A stretch of DNA of 64,000 nucleotides from Bugula neritina (lineage: Eukaryota; Animalia; Bryozoa): the NCBI GenBank assembly GCA_964035545.1, contig OZ037767.1, forward strand, positions 14,245,801 through 14,309,800. Reading direction: 5' to 3'. This document shows positions 31,650 through 46,178 of this stretch, piece after piece. Each line of letters begins with the position of its first letter. The stretch's first letter is position 1. Both the position numbers and the translations under genes were made by a program. The notes under the pieces were generated by a model. The model was not told where the DNA came from and did not search any database. It worked only from the letters and a program-made list of their open reading frames with translations.

Positions 31650-33310
31650 ACTGACTATATATGAGCATTGTGTGAAATATTATTCATTATATTATGTCAT
31701 CAAGTGTTGCTATGTATAATTTTATCACAGTGTAATAAAACAGAGGTGGACTATACAACATCTTTGACTAACAAACTGTATTTAGTGCCTACTTTTCTAT
31801 AATTAAATACAGACAATGATATGCTAAAGTAGTCAACATCTGATATTATGTCTAAGATTTTGCTGTTAAAATGGAAATATTTGTAGGTAACCCAAAAGGT
31901 TTTTCCCTTGTAAACAATAGTGTATAAGAAGTAGCAGCTTGCAACTAAGCTTATAGATTGAGTAACTTGTCATTATAGTTGATTTCAGTAGGAAGTTTGA
32001 CAGTAAATATAATACAGAATTACTAAAACACAGTACCAGTTTCCTTTTGCCAATCAGAGAAGTGAACAGCTGTAAAATAAGAATATGATATAACACATTT
32101 GGTATAACTCTACAACTAACATATAGTTACAGGTAAAGTAGATAAAGTAAAGTATAAGCTGCAGTAAAGTAAACCAGGTTCAAAATCCTAGAACTTTAAT
32201 TACTTATTAGATCAGCTTTACATGAACTTCCATTAATTGCTTACTTCAGTTTGATATGCATATGGTGATTCGATCTAATAGGTGAAGTCAGTTTAATCAA
32301 TACAATATAATAAAGTAATCTATAGATATTTTATTTCTGTTGAGATCTTATAAATTTTTTATAATTCATAATTCATAATGTATATTTTGAGTAAAAATTA
32401 CAAAAATTAGTTTTTATTTCATTTGTTTTTGTCTTGTTTGATCAAAGTTATAGTTGACATTATCTTAATTTCATAATGGGAAAATGGCTGTTATGCAACT
32501 AATAGAACATGGTAAAATATTATATATAGAAATAAAAACATAAAATGTCTGCCCACAATCCTCCAAATTATGATAGGAAAATAAACTCTTCATTAGTCTC
32601 ACACTAGACATGAGTGATTAGTCACTAGACACAAGGAATTCTTACAGCTCTCAGTTCTGGAAACACAATATTACTGATTCTGTTGTATAATATTTAACTG
32701 CTCTATGAGTTAAAAGAAGTGAATGTGCAATAATAGTAAGATGCTTGTTGTATACATTTCGTGCCTGGCACAGTTTAGCTTTGTTTATTTAGCTTAGAAC
32801 TTTCATGCAATCAATTTCATCTTTTCATGGGTTATTGACTTCCATTAACTTTCAATACCTTTACATTCAAAAGGAGTGAATGTGAAATAATATTAGGATA
32901 GGTGTAGAGTTATACACATATTATGCTTTGCATTTTAATTTTTAGCGTTGTTTATTTAGCTTAGAATTTTCATGCAGTCAAACTACTCTTTGACTGAAAT
33001 ATTGACTTCAATGTTACTCCAATATAGAGATTAGCACTAGAGTTACATGCAGCAGCCCTAAAGAGACTTTCCCTTCTATACTATAATTAAGTTTATCAGT
33101 ATAATATTCTGAAAACTCAAGCAATTCAAATACTGTACGTAATTCTACTTGACATATAATTAGGTGGTGTTGTGTTGGGTTCACTCAGTGGCCCTTGTAG
33201 TGAGTCTGCCCAAAAGTCCCGGGTTCAAATTCAAGTAGGGGCAAAAGTTTTTTTAAGCTAGTTAGGGTATTAGTGCATGTAGTATAGTAAAACTCTGAAG
33301 GAGTTGAGAG
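31650..33310. repeat. Local duplication: 31650-33310 recurs at ~40600-42270; other segments (~32545-34320 and 37504-38050) recur at ~38790-40640
   Basis: Long near-identical runs seen by eye, e.g. aagaagtagcagcttgcaact...gtcactagacacaaggaattc. Confidence 0.8.
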
Positions 33311-33394
33311 GCCAGGAGAACCTTTGGACTGAAGGTGTAGGGTAGTCATGGAAAGGTAGTGGAGAGGCTGGTGGAGTTTTTGAGAACTGGGTGG

Positions 33395-33500
33395 GTTGTT
33401 GTGTTAAGTTAACCCAGCATGGCCCTGTGGTGTAAAGGTAGCGCATCTGCTTGCTTAAACCGGAAGTCTGGGGTCTGAATTCAAATGGAGGCAAAAGTTT
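33395..33500 (+). mobile_element. tRNA-derived repeat copy (related copies ~33164-33255 and ~42095-42200)
   Basis: tgttgtgtt leader followed by ggccctgtggtgtaaaggtagc...aattcaaatggaggcaa; degenerate A/B boxes. Confidence 0.5.
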
Positions 33501-34323
33501 TATCAGGAGGAGAGCCCAAATTAAAAACATCTTTTAATTAAGATGAAAACCGAGTAGTTGAAATTTTCCCATTATTCTGTAACAGATGTAAGTTGTTCAA
33601 ACTTTCTTTATTAGATCAGGCTTTCATATAATATGTAAATATGAATATTTCTGCAATACAATTTAAATTACTAGAACATTTATATTATAGTTGATATAGC
33701 TTCGCACTCACTTCGCTCACACTGCACATATTTTATAGAAGTAGTTACTATACCATGTATATGGGAAATGTCTGCCAGTCACAAATTCCTATGAGTTAAA
33801 ATAATATTTTGTTTGAGAGACAGCTACATCTTCCACTGAACCAGAAGGACATGAGTAACTTACTTTTGTATATTTTTAGTAGCAACAGTGTCATCTGTAT
33901 TTTATTATCTATCATCAGCTTATAATCTGGTGAATTGCTTATTTAGCTTAGAACTTTCATGCAATCAATTTAATCTTCTGATGATGTATTGATTTTTAAT
34001 TGTTACCCAATACATTTCTATTCAAAAGGAGTGAATGTGAAATAATATTAGGATAGGTGTGTAGACGAGTTGTATTTTAGCATTATTTATTTAGCTAAAA
34101 ACTTCAATGCAATCAAGCTACTCTTTGACAGGTGTATTGGTTTCAATTGATATCCCAGACATTTCAATTTAAGAAGAGTAAATGTGAAATATTAGTAAAA
34201 TACTTGCAAGCTTGCTTACATTACGTGCTTGACAGAGTTTAGCATTGTTTATTTGGCTCAGAACTTTCATGCTATCAAATTATAATATTTGCCTGGTTAT
34301 TGAGTTTAATATATCTCTAATAT

Positions 34324-37300
34324 GTGACCTGGCACCACAAAACAAGGGATGTATATAAAATGTTGAAAACCTAGTTATTACTATGGAGTGATAGAGCAGA
34401 CTTTTTCGAACATTTTGCACTTTATTTGAAGTCTCTAGCATAAATAGAACTCGAGATATTAGTATTTAAAAACTTTAACGTTTTTAGAATTTCTAAATTA
34501 CTGTTTCGAGAAAATCGCATTTAAAGTTGGCAACTCTAGAATAAGTTGAGAATTATTTGTTTACAATTTACAAGCCTTAGCAACGGGTCTTTGTATAATA
34601 GGAATGGTGACAAATTTGGTACCAAAATGATTGTGAAAGTTTGGGCTTTCTGTTAAACTAAATTTCATGCTGCCTCAACATAAAATTAGGTCAAATATGG
34701 CCGCCAAAATTTTTGTCTAATTTATTTGTCAATTTGCTTTTTACTTTGTTTAATGATTGAAAGGTTTAACAATTCCAGCAAAGAAGAGGATGTTTCAGCA
34801 AGTTTGTGTGTTGAGATATTTAAATTAGGCATCCAAGTCAGCAGGAAGTCATATAAAACAAAATGGCAGCTGCTTCCTGTTATACATTGAATATCTTCTT
34901 CTCCTCTAATATATTGTGTAATATATCAAACTGCAGCTATTGAGCTGTGCTGTTTCATAGTTATTGCTTAATGAGTAGAACACTTATGAGAAAATTATTT
35001 GACTATTATGAGATCATTCGAGATTCATTCATAAATATCTTTATAATCTCTAACGGCAACTAAATTTAGCAATTGATGTTGAAAATATAAACATAAAATC
35101 AGCTATTAGAACGTTTCAGTTTTATTAGGCATTAATATTCACATTTAAAAAATCAAATACATTTTTTTAAAAAACTAATTTAATGCAGTAAAAAATCCAG
35201 CCTGGATACAATCATTATGCTTGAATTAACTCTAATCAAGAAAAGAAAATTAGGTAGCTTCTACGGTTTTTGCAAAAAAGGCACTTTTCATCTTTCTACT
35301 TCCTTGGTCTCCATAATATGAGTTTACGGAGTATGGACACATAACATCATGTATGTGGCAAAAGCTTCATCACTATCATCAGCTGATTTTCTAGCAATTA
35401 TAGATGCTGCTACTTGACATCTATTCTGCCAATCTACCCATCTATTGTCTATTCCAGAGCTGCAAGTACAATGTTGACTTTTTTAAATAACAAAAGAAAA
35501 CGGTAGCTTGATTAGAAACTATACGCAGTTATATTATAAAAATTTAGTTGGTTAAACACTCTTGTGGTACTACTATAGCAGCAGTTAATTGTCATCCTGC
35601 ATTTTATCAACATTTAAATTTATTGAATTAAACAGAACAATTTAAATTAAAAAAATTGTTGAAAATTTTCAAGCACATCATTAAAAGACTGCAAACCTTT
35701 TATGAATGAAATAAGCAGAAGCCATAACCTTGCAAGCCAAAATTCAGAGTGTCTACATTAGAAGTGTTAGATTGATAGGTAGTAGAGTTGTGTAGGTATA
35801 AGTCTTCACTCTAATGCTCTCATAAGTCCACTTTCTAAAATGTACAGAATATCGGATTATTCTATATTAACATAGTATTATCAGTAAAATTACACATTAT
35901 GTACTTGAATATCTAGCATATCTGCAATTGGCAATTTTGAAGCAATGTCTTTCGATAACTATTAACCACTCAAGCATTTAATTGAGTAAAAAAGCTAGCT
36001 AAGTGCAACTGAATCTATTACAGACATTTACTATAAAATCAATTTGAATTCAATAAATTACTTTAAAATATGAATAAATTTTTGCTCATCCTTTATAACA
36101 AAATTAAAAAGTTTAGACTATTTATGCATTCAGTTAGTGTTACTACTCACTAAATAAGACTTAAAGTAACTTACTGAAGAACTAAGTCAGTCAACTATAG
36201 AATCACCATGAACTCGCATTAATATTTCATCATTATGCTCATTTACATTTAGTCACATTTACCATTTCAATTTGGTTATAGGTGATGCTTTTATTAATAT
36301 AAATAGGATTATCAATTGAGTTTTGACAGTAACTGTAAGCCTGCATAATGTGATGAAGATTTTATCATTATATTTTAAATCAAACTTCGAGCAAATTTAA
36401 AAATCACAAAAGGAACCGGTAGTTTGACTAGTAGGCCTAATGTTAATAGTAATAGTAATCAGTAACTGTATTGACAAAATCTAAGACAGAGGCTAAAAGT
36501 TACTAAGAGTAATTCCAATGTAAATTTAAATATCAACTATAGAATAAATCAATAAATATAATACTATCAGTATGAGTATCAAGTGCTTACGCTAATCTAG
36601 TGGTCTAACGTGATTGCATCTTCAAGTAAGTCAAGTAAGTAAGGCAAAACTCAGAGTCAGACTCAAATAGTGAATTTAATTATTAATCATTACTTAAGTT
36701 ATACTATTAATATTAATCATTTAATGAGCTACATTTGGTTTTACTGCCAAATACTAGTATCAGTAAATCATGAATGATATTCATTATGATTATCACTATG
36801 AGTAACCGTACCTCAAACTGTGAGTCATAGTGAGAGTCATTTAAATAGTTACTAGTAATAGTATAGAATAGACATACTCCTAGTGATATTATCAGTATGA
36901 ATATTATTAATAAAAAGATAACTACAAATAATCCTGGCAACAACTCTAAGTTAGTAGCGTAAATAATTGTTTTGAGTATAATTACCTGTATTGTTGTGAT
37001 TTTCAAGCTTGAACGCTAAAGATAAAGATTAAGTTTAGCATTTATCACCAAAGGGCAAAACAGCTCAGTAACTTAAAAGCTAACTTTGGATGGAGCACGA
37101 TGAAAAACTAAAACTAGCCTTCGATTTTAAATACGATGCTTCCGACAATGCGAAGAAAGAGGTGTAAGCTAAATTCATTTGATAAAAAATAAATTTGCAA
37201 GATCTCATGCTATGATAATGACTAAAATTGTCTTCTTTCTTTACTTGATAACTTCGCAATTTTTTCATCATTTAAAAAATTGAATGCCTTAGTTACCAAC

Positions 37301-37503
37301 TTTAAATGCAATTTTAAAGCTGAAGGAATCATCAAATGCTTACGAAAGTGTGATTTTTGAAATCCTTGGATTTTTTTGTATTAGAAAAGTTCAGAACCTA
37401 AAAACTGGAAATTAATTTCAAATTTAAGTGTTTCCAAATTAAACCTTCATTTACTACACTTTATAAACGCCGCCACATCCCCGGTTTTGTCGCGACTGGT
37501 CAC
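34324..37503 (-). mobile_element. 3.2-kb non-autonomous DNA transposon with short TIRs GTGACC...GGTCAC and a 4-bp TSD (possibly Sola-type)
   Basis: TIRs gtgacctggcaccacaaaac and ggttttgtcgcgactggtcac; TSD ATAT; empty site ctctaatatagaga at ~39273; homologous to 56652-59862 in the opposite orientation. Confidence 0.8.
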
Positions 37504-39582
37504 ATATAGAGATTAGCACTATAAAGCTAGTTTATGCAGTAGCCATGCATTGATATACTTTCTCCTCTATGCTATTTATTCACCAGCATGATATTTTATG
37601 AACTCAGGTTATTTAAATTATGTACATATAGTTCTACTTAAAATATAGTTGAGTATAATAACTTAGCTTACTGGTGACATGAAAATAAAAGCAGGAAATA
37701 AAATAAAACAAACAAAACTTATGCCATTAATTCATTAAAATCACAAAAAATATGTTGTGTTTGTTTGTTTCAGTGTGAAACGTTTATCTACAAATTAAAT
37801 TGTATATTTAGTTACCTTCAGGTAGTTCCTTTCTTTTCTTGTTTTAAATAGAATAATATTTAATTCAAAAATAATACTAATGAACTATTTGCTATATTAT
37901 GAGTCATTCCTACCCATCACTCCTGCTAAGCATCATTTAAACGGATATAAACTTTTTGCTTGTTTATAGGCAAAGGGGATGCCCATGAAATATTTTATAA
38001 GCAAAACACTGATGAGTGTAAAATGAAATATCATGGTTATATGTCATTAAATATGTATTAAAATCTATAATTAAAAAACGTATTCAAAATCTCAAAACTA
38101 AGTTTTATAAATAGATCAGCTCTATAACATGAACTCAATTGAACAGTCTGTAAACCTATAATATCTTATTACGAATGAGAATTGCACTAAGAAAAACTTT
38201 TTATTGAAGTTATCTTGTTCATTATACATACCAATTTATATACTCATAAAAATGTTTTATTCTGTGATAATAAAGAAGATGCAATCTGAATGAATAGTAA
38301 CTTAATATTGTATCATCATGTGACATCCTTTTGTTTAATATCTCAATATACTCAATTGAAGATATATTCGCCAAAACTTATTGATATAATAATTATTTCT
38401 GTGTTGAGTTTATTACTACTTCACATGTAAAATATGTATATAAAACAACAAAAGAAGTAAAATGTAATAAACATTATCACGGAAAAAATAAAGCTAAGGT
38501 ATTAAAATCAATGTAGGTAGAATTCATAACTATACGCCTCTACGTTGATGCTAGTTCTGGTTCTTCGTTTAAAGTGCGCAGACTATACATGGGTTGGTAC
38601 ATAATAATGTATTTTTCTAAAATCAGGCATGTTGTGTTGAAATAGGTTTATTATATCTGGAGGCATGGCTGATGGTCTTCCATGTAAATTCATATAAGTG
38701 AGTATGACAGTGGAGAAAAATATGAAAACTTGTAGAGTGTCTTTAATTCTCCCTCACTTGACAATACTTGATGGAAATAAAAACTTAAAGGGCCTGCCCA
38801 CAATCCTCTAAATTATAAAACGATAATAAACCCTTCATTAGTCTCACACTAGACATGAGTGATTATATAGTCACTAGACACAAGAAATCCTAACAGCTCT
38901 CAGTTCTGGAAACACAATATTACTGATTCTGTTGTATAATATTTAACTGCTCTATAAGTTAAAAGAGATGAATGTGAAATAATAGTAAGATGCTTGTTGT
39001 ATACATTTTGTGCCTGGCACAGTTTAGCTTTGTTTATTTAGCTTAGAGCTTTTATATATACAACCAATTTAATCTTTAGCTTTAGCTTGTGTATTGATTT
39101 CAATCGATATCCCAGACATTTCTATTTACATAGATTGAATGTGAAATATTAGTAAAATACTTGCAGACTTGCTTACATTACGTGCTTGACAGAGTTTAGC
39201 GTTGTTTATTTGGCTCAGAACTTTCATGCTATCAAATTATAATATTTGCCTAGTTCATTGATTTTAATATCACTCTAATATAGAGATTAGCACTATAAAG
39301 CTAGTTCATGCAGTAGCCATGCATTGGTATACTTTCTCCTCTATGCTATTTATTCACCAGCATGATACTTTATGAACTCTGGCTATTTAGATTCTGTACA
39401 TAATTCTACTTGAAATATAGTTGAGTATAATAACTTAGCTTACTGGTGACATAGAAATAAAAGCAGAAAATAAAATAAAACAAACAAAACTTATGCCATT
39501 AATTCATTAAAATCACAAAAAATATGTTGTGTTAGTTTTTTCAGTGTGAAATGTTTATTTACAAATTAAATTTTATATTTAG

Positions 39583-39900
39583 TATATAGTATAATATAGT
39601 GTTTATATACAGTATATAGTATATTATAGTGTATATACAGTATATATAGTATATTATAGTGTATATACAGTATATAGTATATTATAGTGTATATACAGTA
39701 TATATAGTATATCATAGTGTTTATACAGTATATAGTATATTATAGTGTATATAATATACGTGTATGTATATTATTATAGTGTTGATCCTGTATGTGCACT
39801 ATTCGGTGTATATATGTTGTTATATATATATATATATATTGTTATATATACTGTTATATATGCTGTTATATATACTGTTATATATACTGTTATATACAGT
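39583..39900. repeat. AT-rich minisatellite (tatagtgtatatacagtatatagtatat)n plus (tatatactgtta)n
   Basis: Seen directly. Confidence 0.85.
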
Positions 39901-42347
39901 GTATGTACTCTAGTATTATTTTGTATATATTATGTATTTAGAGCTAACTCCAGCGAAGTCCTGTAATGTTAGTAGCAATTTCAAGAACCCACAAGAAAAA
40001 AAACCCAACAGTCAAACAAAACTCTGATGAACAAACTTTTACCTGCAGGCAGTCAACATTGACTGAACACGGCTTTGAAGTTACAGGAAATACAAACAGA
40101 AGTTTAGAAGAGTAAAACAGTGAAGGAAAAACACAACTGTATATAATGTTAAATATTTATAGCTTATATATACCACTCCGACCGTTATTTTAATAAGCCC
40201 AAGTGGTGCCTCTTTTAACTAAGATATAAACACAGATTAACTGAAATCTTCCAATTATCCTGTAACAAATGCAAATTGTTCAAACTTTCATTATTAGATC
40301 AGGCTTCCTTAATATGTAAATATTTGAATTACAACTCTAGTTATAAATATGAATATAATATAATAGAAAGCATGAAGCTATTCCCTAAAACTTATGACTT
40401 TCAAGTAGTTCCTTTCATTTCTTGTTTTAATTAAAATAATATTTAATTCAAAAATAATATAAATGAAATATATGTTATATATTATGAGTAATTCCTACCC
40501 ATCACTCCTGCTAAACGTCATTTAAACAAATAAAAATTTTCTGCATTTATAGGCAAAGGGGATGCCCATAAAATATTTCATAATTAAGTTAAACACTGAT
40601 GAGTGTCAAGTGAAATATTATTGATTATATGTCATCAAATGTTACTATGTATAACTTAAGTGCAGTATAATAAAACAGAAGTAGAATATAATATATCTTT
40701 GAGTAACAAATTGTATTTAGTGCCAACTTTTCTATCAAATACAGACAATGATATGCTTAAGTAATCAACTTCTCAACATTGCCCAATATTTTGCTGTTAA
40801 AATGAAAGTATTATTTATAAGTAACCCAACAGGTTTTTCCCTTGTAAACTATAGTGTATAAGAAGTAGCAGCTTGCAACTGAGCTTATAGATTTAGTAAC
40901 TTGTCATTGTAGTTGATTTTAGTAGGAAGTTTGACAGTAAATATAATACAGAATTACTAAAACACAGTACCAGTTTCCTTTTGCCAATCAGAGAAGTGAA
41001 CAGCTGTAAATTAAAAAAATGATGTAACACACATTTGGTATAACTCTACAACTAACATATAGTTACAGGTAAAGTAGATAAAGTAAAGTATAAGCTGCAG
41101 TAAAGTAAACCAGGTTCAAAATCCCAGAACTTTAGTTACTTATTAGATCAGCTTTACATGAACTTCCATCAATTGTTTACTTCAGTTTGATATGCGTGGT
41201 GATTCGATCTAATAAGTGAAGTCAGTTTAATCAATACTAAATAATAAAGTAATCCATAGATATTTAATTTTTGTTAAGATCTTATAATTTTTTTATAATT
41301 CATAATTCATAATGCATATTTTGAGTAAAAATTACAAAAATTAGTTTTTATTTCATTTATTTTTGTCTTGTTTGATCAAAGTTATAGTTGACATTATCTT
41401 ATAATTTCATAATGGGAAAATGACTGTTATGCAACTAATAGAACATGGTAAAATATTATATATAGAAATAAAAACATAAAGGGCCTGCCCACAATCCTCC
41501 AAATTATGATAGGAAAATAAACTCTTCATTAGTCTCACTCTAAACATGAGTGATTAGTCACTAGACACAAGGAATTCTTACAACTCTCAGTTCTGGAAGC
41601 ACAATTTTACTGATTCTGTTGTATGGTATTTAACTTCTCTATAAGTTGAAAGAAGTGAAAGTGAAATAATAGTAAGATGTTTGTTGTATACATTTTGTGC
41701 CTGGCACAGTTTAGCTTTGTTTATTTAGCTTAGAACTTTCATGCAATCAATTTAATCTTTTCATGGGTTATTGATTTCAATTAATTCCCAATACGTTTAT
41801 ATTCAAAGGGAGTGAATGTGAAATAATATTAGGATAGGTGTAGAGTTATATACATATTATGCTTTGCATTTTAGCGTTGTTTATTTAGCTTAGAACTTGC
41901 ATGCAATCAAACTACTCTATGACTGAAATATTGACTTCAATGTCACTCCAATATAGAGATTAGCACTAGAGTTACATGCAGCAGCCCTATAGAGACTTTC
42001 CCCTCTATACTATAATTAAATTTATCAGTATAATATTCTGAAAACTCAAGCAATTCAAATATACTGTACATAATTCTACTTGACTTATAATTAGGTGGTG
42101 TTGTGTTGGGTTAACACAGTGGCCCCTGTGGTGGAATATGGTAACCGACCTCTTTGCAAGCCCGAAGTCCCGGGTTCGAATCCCAGAAAGGGCAAAATTT
42201 TTTTCAAGCTAGTTTAGGTGTTAGTGCATGTAATATATAGTAGAACTCCGAGGAAGTTAAGAGGTCAGGAGAGCCTAAATGCACAATTTTTAACTGCTTG
42301 CTCTAGTTAAAAAAAGTGAATTTGCACTAAAACAATATATAATATAT

Positions 42348-42829
42348 TGTTGTTGTCTTGTGAACTACTACTAACGCGGTTTATGTGCAGAACTGCTGGA
42401 TCATAACCTAACTATGAGGTTTGCGAAGAGAACCGAGGAGGGGTTGTGTTATACAAACAACTTTATTTTAGATCTAATTACAAAAAGGCAAAGTATAATA
42501 ATAGACAAAAACACCCTATAAGATCAAATACAAGCTACTAGCTTAAGCCTGTAGTTATCTCAAGACTGAAGCTGGGCGCCAGTAGGTGCTACTTATGAAT
42601 AGAGAGTGCTATCTGATTGGCCGGTTGAGTTCTGGCGGTGGTGACCGCAATAAGTAGTACGGTGTCGCGTATACAGGCCGCAGAAGAGCGGCATTTTAGA
42701 ATGTTATACTGAGCATTGTACGTAGAGTTATCGCACTTTGCAAATATAATATAATACAGCTAAGCTTCTAATTATTACATGTGTTTGTAACCTGGTGGCT
42801 GAGAAACAGTACTTTTTACAGCTATTACA
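42348..42829 (-). mobile_element. Solo-LTR-like insertion (482 bp)
   Basis: TGT...ACA ends; ATAT TSD (42344-42347 and 42830-42833); CpG-richer interior; minus-strand AATAAA near 42465; absent at the paralogous site near 9480. Confidence 0.6.
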
Positions 42830-43651
42830 ATATAATATAATTAAATATATTATAATATAATAAAATTTTTGTCGTATACATTTTGTGCCTGGCATAGTTT
42901 ATAGCATGGTTTATTTAGGTATTAGAACTTTTATGCAATCAATTTACTATTTTGATGGTGTATTGATTTCAATTGATCTCCTAAACATCTCTATATAAAC
43001 AGAGTGAATGTGAAATAATAGTAAAATGTTGCAGACTTGCATACATTACGTGCTTGACAGAGTTTAACGTGGTTTATTTAGCTCAGAACTTTCATACAAT
43101 CAATTTTTCTGTTGCAGGTTTATTGATTTCTATTGATCTCCAATACATTTCTAGTTTGTAAAACAATATAGTAAGATAATTGTATAGTTTTACACATATT
43201 GTCTCTGACAGCATGCAGCGTTGTTTTTTAGCTTGGAACTTTCATGCAATCAATGTTCTCTTTTTCTGTATATTGATTTAGATTCATCTCCAATACATTC
43301 TCATGAAAGGGAGTCAGCAAGATCTGTAATTGTATAGTTTTACACATATTGTATACCTGGCAGTATTCGATTAGCATTGTTTATTTAGTTTAGAGCTTTC
43401 ATGCAATCAATGCAGTCTTTGGCTGCATATTGATTATAATTAATCTCCAATACAGAGATTAGCACTAGAGGTACATGCAGTAGACATTAAAAGATTTTCT
43501 TCTCTACTGAGTTTACCAAGATAATATCTTATGAACTCAAGTCATTTAAATGCTGTACATATTCTACTTGAAGTATAACTGAGCCATACTTAGCCAACTT
43601 GTGGTGATTTGCCATATGCAGAATATTTTGTGAATGGTTTTGATACAACGT

Positions 43652-43755
43652 GTAGTGTTGTGTTACCCTAGTAGCCTCAGTGGTGTAATGGTAGCACACT
43701 TGCTTGCAAGCCAGAGGGTCTCAGGTTCGATTCCCAGAGGTGGCAATTATTTTAC
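43652..43755 (+). mobile_element. 104-bp tRNA-derived element with 7-bp TSD
   Basis: TSD ACAACGT (43645-43651 and 43756-43762); empty site atacaacgtatttg at ~10271; A box TGGTGTAATGG and B box GGTTCGATTCC. Confidence 0.8.
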
Positions 43756-44309
43756 ACAACGTATTTGTGGAGAATAAACAAGCCTTGTATTTGTATGTGA
43801 AAACAGTAGAAAGTTTATATCTAAAAGTTATGATTCCACACAAAGCATACTAAATTTACTATCATGTACATAGCTTGATATCAATTATTAAAAATACTTT
43901 GAGTGATATATTTATTGCTATTTTAGTATTTATCTGTAGTACATAATAAAAATTACATATAATAGTAATATGATATACTAATAACTAACTAGTCACCATG
44001 GAAACTATTTAGATGGCTTTCAACCTTGCTCTGCTGTATTCAGCAATTATTCTCACAACACAGCTATGGCTGAGCAACATGTTAAAACTGGTACAGCAAG
44101 TATGGTCTCCTCATAATATTAAATTTTTAAGTGTATCTGTAAAACAATATTTGTGAAAAAATTTCTAAAGCAAGAATTTAAAATCTGCAAACAACATTCT
44201 TTTTTTTTATTCATAGGATTTTTATCCAAAGTTCTGTCTAGTAATTATCAAGTTAATGTTAATGTGTCAAGAGTGCCATGTACCATGAAACATATTCCAC
44301 TAGCTCCAT

Positions 44310-46178
44310 ACTTCTGCATATCTGATCTGACTTCCTGTTTGACCAGATTCCCTGAGCACTGCTTCCACTGAAAGAAATAAGTTTATCCTAGAAAATACAC
44401 GGCGGGAAAAGGGTGGAGGTGGAGGTTAACATTCTTATATTGTGTAGAAAGCAACAACAAATAAGATGAAAGCCTCTTAAATTGGTTTACTAAAATTCTA
44501 TGCTAAAAAATTATATTGCCAGTATTTTCTCTATATATTATCCAGAAAGAATGTTGACTGAAAAATATTTGCAAATGAAATTATTTTAATCAGTTTTATT
44601 TATATTTAGTCTTAATAAAACGAGTTCAACTAAATTACGAGGCATGGATTTTAAATATAGTAATGGGAGCACACACAAGTGAAGAAACCATAAATATATA
44701 ACCTGGGCAACAATATATAGCTTCACTTTTGAATATCAGTTACCTAAAATCATTGCTTTTTCTAAAAAGTTCATTATTTGAGTCTAGCTTAAAGCTGGGC
44801 GTGAATTTTAGTCTTTCGTATGTGAATAAACTAACTAAAAGCATAATAAAATAATTATTAAAGCAAACAGAATTTCAAATCAGATTGGCAAGACATTTTC
44901 AGAGTATAAATGCATGTAATGATGTAAAGCAGTGTTCAGAGTTGTCTTCCATCAGAAAAAAAGTGGAAGATCTGACAACTTCTCGGCTATGAGTAACACT
45001 CACCCATTCTAGCGTTGACCTTTTCACCCGAGTTACACATAATAGCCTTGAAGTCAGCTGCCGATATTAAACCATTTTTCTTTCTATCCTGAGCAGCAAA
45101 ACATTCTCGCAATCCTTGGCTAGGGAAATTGAGGATATTGAGGGATGTCGAGGAACTGATCGAATGGAATCCCATTTGCTGCAAAACACGTGTCAACAGT
45201 TATAAATATCAATCAATTTACATGAGAAAATGTTAATCTGTTTGAAAGTTGTCTTCTCACTTAGAATTTCATAGCCGAGTGTTTCCAGTTTATTTACTAA
45301 TGAGTTGTGAAATTCCAACTTAATATTTGAATAAAACATTCTTTTCTATTCTAATCTCTCAACTTATTACAAATAATTATACATTGTATCTTTAATTCAA
45401 TGTTTCAAATGAGGGATCTAAATTATTTAGCAATTCGGAGTCTCACAGAAACGAAACAATCAGCTTTCACAAATTGATTTATTTTCAGAAATTTTAGCAG
45501 CAACATTGAATAAATTATCAGAATATGAGATACGTGAACCCTATTTAAATGAAGAGTAACTTGACATGTACATAAAAACTATTCCGATAATTGAGAAAAA
45601 GATTGAAGAGAATTTATCAAGGAAAAGAGTTAGCCCGACACCTACTTGCAAAGAGAAGATAACTTCTAATTACTCACTTGATTGTTTAAAATAAACTATT
45701 TTATTCACACCACTTTAAGTTATTTAGAGCAGGTGAATAGAATGAATGTCAATATAAGGAAGGTCAGGCTATAGCAAAGTATCACTGAAGCCATTTACAA
45801 ACTATGAGAGATTCTTACATAAACGAAACAATCAGTTTTTCAGAGTGTGTAACTACAACACTAAATAAATCATTAAAATAGACAATATTATGTTAACCCT
45901 ATTGAAGCAAAGAGTAACTTGAAATCTACATGAACACTATTCTATTGTTAATTGAATAAAAAAAGAGTAAAGAGTATTTATCATGGAAAAACGTAAGCAG
46001 ACACCTACTTGCAAAAAGAAGATAACTTCTAGTTACTCACTTGATTTATATTTGTTCCAGTATTTAACAGATTCTTCTATAGTGGGGCTGAATCCTAGAG
46101 ACCTCATTGTGAATCTCAATGACTTCTCATTCACAATGTAGTGACTCACATTGTTCATTTCAAAGCACTCCTTGAACT
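44310..46178 (-). pseudogene. CALML4: CALML4-like gene copy B, disrupted; exons 46178-46041, 45178-45004, 44367-~44310
   Basis: The middle exon is 175 nt (frameshift, internal segment replaced). The last exon is cut by an ~530-bp deletion relative to 10830-11362, which removes the stop codon. Confidence 0.72.

Noticed and set aside
43672-43745. Functional tRNA gene (Ala/Cys-like)
   Set aside because: Acceptor and anticodon stems pair poorly, the copies are divergent, and it is a TSD-flanked insertion.
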